A stretch of DNA of 63,447 nucleotides, filler included, from Choristocarpus tenellus KU-1152 (lineage: Eukaryota; Protista; Phaeophyceae), in NCBI GenBank assembly GCA_964200185.2. It is 11 parts of 11 records of this genome, joined end to end, with 100 filler letters (N's around TTAATTAATTAA, not from the genome) between each part and the next. Parts side by side here need not be neighbours in the genome. Positions count along the whole stretch, not along the records: positions 56,473 to 63,447 come from CAXNAD020006939.1; 10 more parts are not named here. One strand, 5' to 3'. Below are positions 57,466 through 63,447 of the stretch, in pieces. The first letter of the stretch is position 1, and the number at the start of each line of letters is the position of its first letter. A program made the position numbers and the translations under genes. The notes under the pieces are model-generated. The model was not told where the DNA came from and did not search any database. It saw nothing but the letters and a program-made list of their open reading frames with translations.

Positions 57466-60400
57466 TTACATATAGCTGAAGATCATCTGAGATGAGGAGG
57501 GAAGTCGGGACACGGCAGGGATGGGGGGTCGGGGTTTGGCATGGGAAGAAGACGTAGGGGAGGGTAAGTGCAACACAATCCTCGGATCATACATAACATC
57601 CACTTCCCAGTGCAACATGTGGACATGTGAAGGATGAGGAAAGGGCAAGATATGCAGTAGGTAAGAAGGGGTGGTGAGGGCGTCAAAATCTTGAGCACCA
57701 CTTTCTACATACCCAGGGTGCAATAGTTCATTCCTTCCCCCCAACTCTTTCATACTTCAACATCCACAACAAGCACTCGCCCTGAGGTCCCACAACTTGA
57801 GACTTACTCAAGGCTGCAGATGGGACCAGAAAAAAAAACAAGCAGGGGCCGATAAGAACAGGTGTGCTGCCATTGGCGTCCCTGTTCCCCAACTTAGATT
57901 TCTACATTGCACACAGGGTCCCTACACACGTACATATCTACCTATGTCCCACCTGCAACCATGAAATGACACTCAAACATGTTTCACGTTAGCTATACAT
58001 AACCTGATGTAGAGAGAAACAAAAGAAAACTAGAGGACTCACCTCATCCGTGTACTTCATGTCTTTGAGAAGCTTCTTCATGGCCTGGCACATTTTCCAT
58101 GGCCCACACACCACCACCTTTACACCCTTGCCAGGAGGAAACATCCTTCGCGACACTACATCCTGACTGATGAAGCCCCTCTCCCCCTGCCAGGAGTCTG
58201 AGGGCTGATTCACCACATAGGTTGTCTTCCAAGGGGTTGGAAGGGATGAAAGTGGCGGTGGGCATGTTGACAGCACGACACAGCAGTATTTGTGGCAATA
58301 TCACAATGGTGTTGGGGTCCATGCACCCAACTTGTTGGTATGAGAGAGAAGGACTTTTAAATAGTCTTGCATAATAGCGTGTGATCATAAATAACCACTA
58401 CACCTACAAGAGGGCAAGACATGCACTCCTAAAATACTTCCTGAATTCAAAGCGGATGCAAACATTTATATGACCGATAAGACTAACTTTGGGCATTCCT
58501 TCAACATGGAAGGCTGGGCATGACAGTAGTAGAGGATTACACGACGCTTCGATATTTGCAACAGCTGCCAATATGGCTGTGCCAGGAGGGTGAGTCAAAA
58601 TATCTTAGATGGTAGAGCCGCGTCCATTTGGGGGCCAAAATCCAATGTTGCAATTTTGATGTAATTTTGGCTATCGTGTTTGTTAGGAGGTGTCAGTATC
58701 CTTGTTCCGGACACACCTTTTCATAATGTATATGTTTTACCTACTCCGAAAATTTTGAAGTAGGAAAATGTTATTAAAACCCCATGGGAAGCCAAGCCCC
58801 AAATGGACAAACAGGGAAAAACTCGTACCCTCGAAGATACTCTCACTCGGGTACAAGATATATGCCTTAATAGAGTTCCAGTTGTACCAAAAAAAACGCA
58901 ACTGGAACATCACGGTACTAGGTTAGATACATGAGTATAGTCATGCAAAGTCGAGTTCAGGCCAACTTTGCAGCCAAGCCAAAGCAATCTTCCAGAAGAA
59001 GGGTCACTGAAATAGTGCAACTGATTGGGTCCATCCCGGAAAGCAACATGTGTACCAACGAAGTAATCTGAAAATAATTACACTATATTGAACCCCACTC
59101 TCCCTATATGGCAGGGTATAATCTAGACTGCGCCATCACCCTATAGAAGTAGTTTGAGGTCTACAGTGAAAGCGTAAATTCTTGAATTAAAAAAAAAATG
59201 TAGAGGACTTCCTCAATATTACATTTCTTGTGCTTGTACGTTGCTAACTTCAGTATGCCCCTTGCCCAGTCTTATAACAGTCCATCAACCCTACCTTGAG
59301 CTGCTCATGGAGGTTTGCTTGTACTTCCATGACCTCGCGGTACACTAGATCTTCCTCAAATTCAACACCCCACATGAGGTGCATTTTTGTCGAGAGTTTC
59401 TCGTGCAAGGCCTAATGCAGTTGTTAAGGGAATAACAATGGTGCAAGGCGAAAGGTTTGGGTATGAGAAATTTGCTGGTACTAAAGAAGGTATCAAAGCA
59501 AATGCCACTGACGATCATGATTATACCAATAGGTGCCTGGCTTTTGACACATGGAAGTCAATAACCCATAATCATACTGATAAGGCATGTGAGCAATGAT
59601 ATACAGGCTTTCGGATGAAAATTACAACCTAAGTACTTCAAAGTATATTCTAGCTTTCTCACCCCTCTACGTGTGCAGTAGAGATCATGTTTTCCAGGGG
59701 AAAGTAGGTATACAGTTCCTGCCTTACCAATAATGTTGTTGTGCACAAGTCAACGGAAGAATATGCATTTTTGCAGAGCTATGTACAAGCAGCAAAACCA
59801 TGTTTGCAATGTAATCTTCACCTTCAAACCTCCTTGGTTTATCTTTCCTTACCCATTCCATGCTCTTACCTGCCGTATTATCTGCACCATGGGAGAAATG
59901 CCCACACCACCAGCGATCATGCCGACCTTGTCGATATTTTCATCATCTACCTCAAAGTCCAGCCCACCCTGTTGGAGGTGAGGACAGGAACATAAGCGTA
60001 CTAGTTCTAGACTTGTGATAAATTATGATGCACTTTGTGGTGCATTCTTTGTTTTTGCTGCACTTGTGTGTGCGCAATTTGGTGCAGATTCCAGAGTGAT
60101 CGAGAGATGTATCAATCCATGACATGATTTGTATTCATGTACGTATGTGCTTATCATGAAACAAAACCATTTACCTTAGGCGGGAAAGCAAGGAGTGAGG
60201 GTGATAATCGGGCAGAGTAGGACACTATAATAAAAAGGGAAACTCTGCTGTTGCAGAATGTCGGACAATTACCATTGGACCTCTCATATCCATCTTCATG
60301 CCAGGCTTCATGTCATGAAGAAATTTCTGCATAGCCCCTCCATCTGGCGCAGCCTTTACTAGCAGATCAACCTGTATGAAGACAATAGGGATGAACAGGA

Positions 60401-62134
60401 TGGAAAGTGCACAGCCTTCACTTCAGGTTAGGGCCCATGACAATAAAATTATTGGCAGAATTCTTCTGACGTTTGAATAAAAACAATGTTGCACCTGGTC
60501 ATCAATTTCACAAACCTTCAAACTATTGTGCCACACCAACATGCCTGAATCATTTCGAATTTCCTTTCAACTCTACCTTACGGAAACAACATTCAATCAC
60601 GTAAATTCTGATCATAACCTAAACTCTGTACCAGTGCTGACCTTCCCATAGTAGTTGTCCCTGGTGATTGGGGAGTAAAACCGCTCAACCACCTCGCCTT
60701 CCACCTGATGTTCAAAAATGGCAATAAATCAAAACGTGACAAGCACAACACGTTATTTGATGCCCACTGACATTTTGAATATTGAGACGAGAAAATATCA
60801 TACAAGGAACACTACAAAGACAACTCATGACCAATCTTAATTTCATGTTATACGCACTCCCTTCTAGAAGAGAAAACAAAAGTATGTTCTCGCTTGTGCT
60901 TCAAGACGAGGGATATAATCACCAGGATAATGAGGAATAATGAATCACATCAAGCATTTGCAAGCATTTGCACAGTATACTGCGGTGATACAGGAGATAT
61001 AGATGGAACCAAAACGAGAGCAACGGACATTCAACTGTTGAGAATGGTGGCAGAATGAGAAAACCTGTATAATAAAGTTGACAAGATGGTGGTGCTTGAA
61101 CAAAGAAAGGGGACAGGTAAGGGAAAAGAGATGTTAAGAGTATCTAGAAATGGTATGTTAAACAACCGTGAGAGTACAAGCCCAAAGTCAGGAGAAGAAG
61201 AACTGCATGCGTTAAACCAGACGAAGCTAGGATGGCAAGCCTGGCAACCCTGTAAATTTTATTTCCAGCCCTAGTGAGTACTCGTAAGTACTTCCCAGCC
61301 TATTTTTTAAAAGAAAGGTGTTGAGAGAGTATTGCGTCAAAGGGAATGCGTAAAATATGGTACACATACCACTGCTTCTCCTATTGACCACACAGACCTT
61401 TTTTCACTACTACATAATGTACCTCAAATGTGATTAATGCCCAAGAGGGCTGTAGGGTACTACTGCTGAGATCTCGTTTAGCATAGCCCAGTCCCACCTC
61501 TGACTAGAAATAGATAAAAACTTAAAATACTACACCTATCAAAACAAAGATATGCTTGAGTTACCAATACCCTTCCTCATTGCTTCTGGCAAGTGAGTAC
61601 ACACACCTCTGATCTAACGGCAATGTACTGTCCAGCGAGCATCCACGGAAACACAGTGTGCCTGGGGCAGGAGAAGTCATGACAAAATATATCAGAACTT
61701 TTTTTGACAATCCTTACTTGCTTCTGGAGAAAGGGTGCGAACAAGAACGGTTTGAAAGATTTAGTCGCATTGTTTTTCTGTTCATACATGTGCTAATGTA
61801 GGCCTACGGATGTTGGGGTTTTCATGATTGAGGATAAGTGCAAGTTATCCTCTGAATGACTGCATCTTATCCTCCTACTCTCATTACAATAATCTATTTA
61901 TTCCCCACCACATCACACACTACTTGGGGTCCTTCGCCCCAGTGTATTTATAAAAACTTCGCAACTCGAGACTCTTTCGATACCCCCTTCCAGTCCACAA
62001 TAAAAAGTTGGATAAATTACCTAAAAATTACCTGGAGGAGGGAAGCTCAAAGGACAGCTCATACAAGTGTCCAGGTCCACTGACGAGCTTCTTGTGGCGC
62101 AGACGCAGTGGGGTGTGATACTGCGGATCAAGGG
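57466..62134 (-). CDS. NADH-cytochrome b5 reductase-type (FNR-family) FAD/NAD-binding domain, 5' truncated. Exons 62134-62032, 61661-61607, 60704-60642, 60371-60273, 59968-59870, 59411-59295, 58225-58043, 57486-57466
   Basis: LAGQYIAVR, RFYSPIT (RxYS/TP FAD motif), VDLLVK, GGAMQKFL, MRGPMG, MIAGGVGISPMVQI, VVCGPWKM, terminal IFSYM*. All seven introns are GT-AG and phase-consistent. Confidence 0.93.
58592..58848 (+). mobile_element. MITE family A copy, 257 bp
   Basis: GAGTCAAAATATCTTAGATGGTA ... TACCCTCGAAGATACTCTCACTC. Exact 4-bp TSD GGGT at 58588-58591 and 58849-58852. Lies in an intron. Confidence 0.92.
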
Positions 62135-63356
62135 CTACATAAGAGAAAAATACGGTGTGCGGAATGGAAAGAAACGTTCTAGGTGGGATCTTGGATTACT
62201 GGAGGAACACATGTAAGACGATGTTGGGGGTGGGAGTGGGCTGGGTGTAATGACGTCTTGTGTGTCAAGGGGAAGAGAGGTTCACAAATCTTCAGAGTGT
62301 GGGAAAACAATTTTGATGGCGAGGGGCAGAAAAAGGAATGTTTTCAAGTGTCATCGAATGATATCACATGTCGGACAAATCAAACCTGATTTGTGGTTTA
62401 TAAAACAATTTCCAACAATTCAATGGTTGCCGTTCGTGTAATAAATCTGAGTTCTGCACGCTGGGGCACATCCTTGCAAATCAAGTAATTAGAAGTTGAC
62501 TCTTTCATTGGTCGATTCCAATCATTTGTACACATTCACATTTGTGGGAGTGGTGCGCAACAAATCTTCTGACAACACGATGAGATGTTGACGAATCAAC
62601 ACACTATTATTGGTGCAACTTGTGCTCGCAAGGGCAAATCATTGTAGAGGGATTCAAATAAATGTTTTTGTACCAGGAACCGTTTGTACATTTCTTGCAG
62701 TAGGAGAGTGGGAGGTACAGTTATGACTACTGTTACTATTACAAGGGCTCTTGTGAAATTGAATTGGCTTATTCCTTAACACATCTGGGAAATGTCAGAG
62801 GGCATAATAATATATTATTTGTACACGTTTCGTAAATGGGAGAGTGGTGCCAACAAATAGTTGTACCTATTTTAAACATAAAACACAAAAGGTGTGGTAC
62901 AGATACACAAAATGGGAACACTGAAACATGGTTTGAACTTATGTTAAGAGACGCTGACATGACATACAAGATACACCATGTCACCTTGGACCCTACTGCT
63001 ATGACTTCCACCGTGTGCCAGATTGGAAAAGGGGGTATTATTATGTGAATTATCGTAGAACAAGAGAACCAAAGTACTGAATTTATTTACTACTGTAGTA
63101 ATAACCGAAGGATTGTACACAGTGTTTTTATCCTGTTTAATTACAACAACAATGAAGTTGTACACGGCTTTTCTTTCCTATTAAATCGCAACATAAGGTT
63201 TGTATATCAGGATGAGGTAGGGACAGATCAGTGATAAATACTATCTTCTCTCAATGAATGGGGACGAATCATTTGTCCATGTTGTTGAAATGGTGAGTGA
63301 TATCTATAAAACATGCGAACATGGTAACCAACAAGGTTATATCAACAAATTAAAAG

Positions 63357-63447
63357 GACTCAAAGTATCTGGGGGGGGGGGGGGGGGGGCTGTCCATTCG
63401 GGGCCCCTTTTTTCATGCTACGGTTTTTGGGTGGTTTGGGTGGCTGT
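63357..63447 (-). mobile_element. End of a MITE family B copy at the window edge
   Basis: GACTCAAAGTATCTGGGGG...CTGTCCATTCGGGGCC...TTTTTCATG is the reverse complement of 45040-45116. Confidence 0.7.

Noticed and set aside
57466-62134. Nitrate reductase
   Set aside because: No Moco or heme domain is in the window and the FAD-domain motifs are not specifically nitrate-reductase-like.

Overview
This is eukaryotic nuclear DNA, not prokaryotic. It most likely comes from a photosynthetic stramenopile, probably a brown alga. That is inferred from GT-AG multi-exon genes, a bipartite ASAFAP-type plastid presequence, TTAGGG tracts and brown-algal-type LINE remnants. The window is not contiguous: ten identical 100-nt artificial linkers (N44-TTAATTAATTAA-N44) join 11 short contigs, so neighbourhood across linkers means nothing. 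Genes rebuilt by hand from phase-consistent splice sites are CENP-C (motif plus cupin), a DUF1997-like organellar protein head-to-head with a type II membrane protein, the 3' end of a conserved protein with a KPSELAFYPVPKL motif, a complete 170-aa plastid-targeted membrane protein, an SLC38/AAAP amino-acid transporter, an RWP-RK transcription factor, a cytochrome-b5-reductase-type FAD/NAD domain, and two unidentified exon sets. Introns and intergenic DNA carry decayed mariner, PIF/Harbinger, Copia, Gypsy and LINE elements. They also carry a ~257-bp MITE family with GAG termini and 4-bp TSDs (Sola2-like, five copies) and a sister family. I found no convincing new multi-gene system, CRISPR array, Fanzor/TnpB or RNA gene. 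The most notable signals are the Sola-like MITE families and an apparent CpG-deamination footprint with CpG-rich gene 5' ends, which suggests germline CG methylation.
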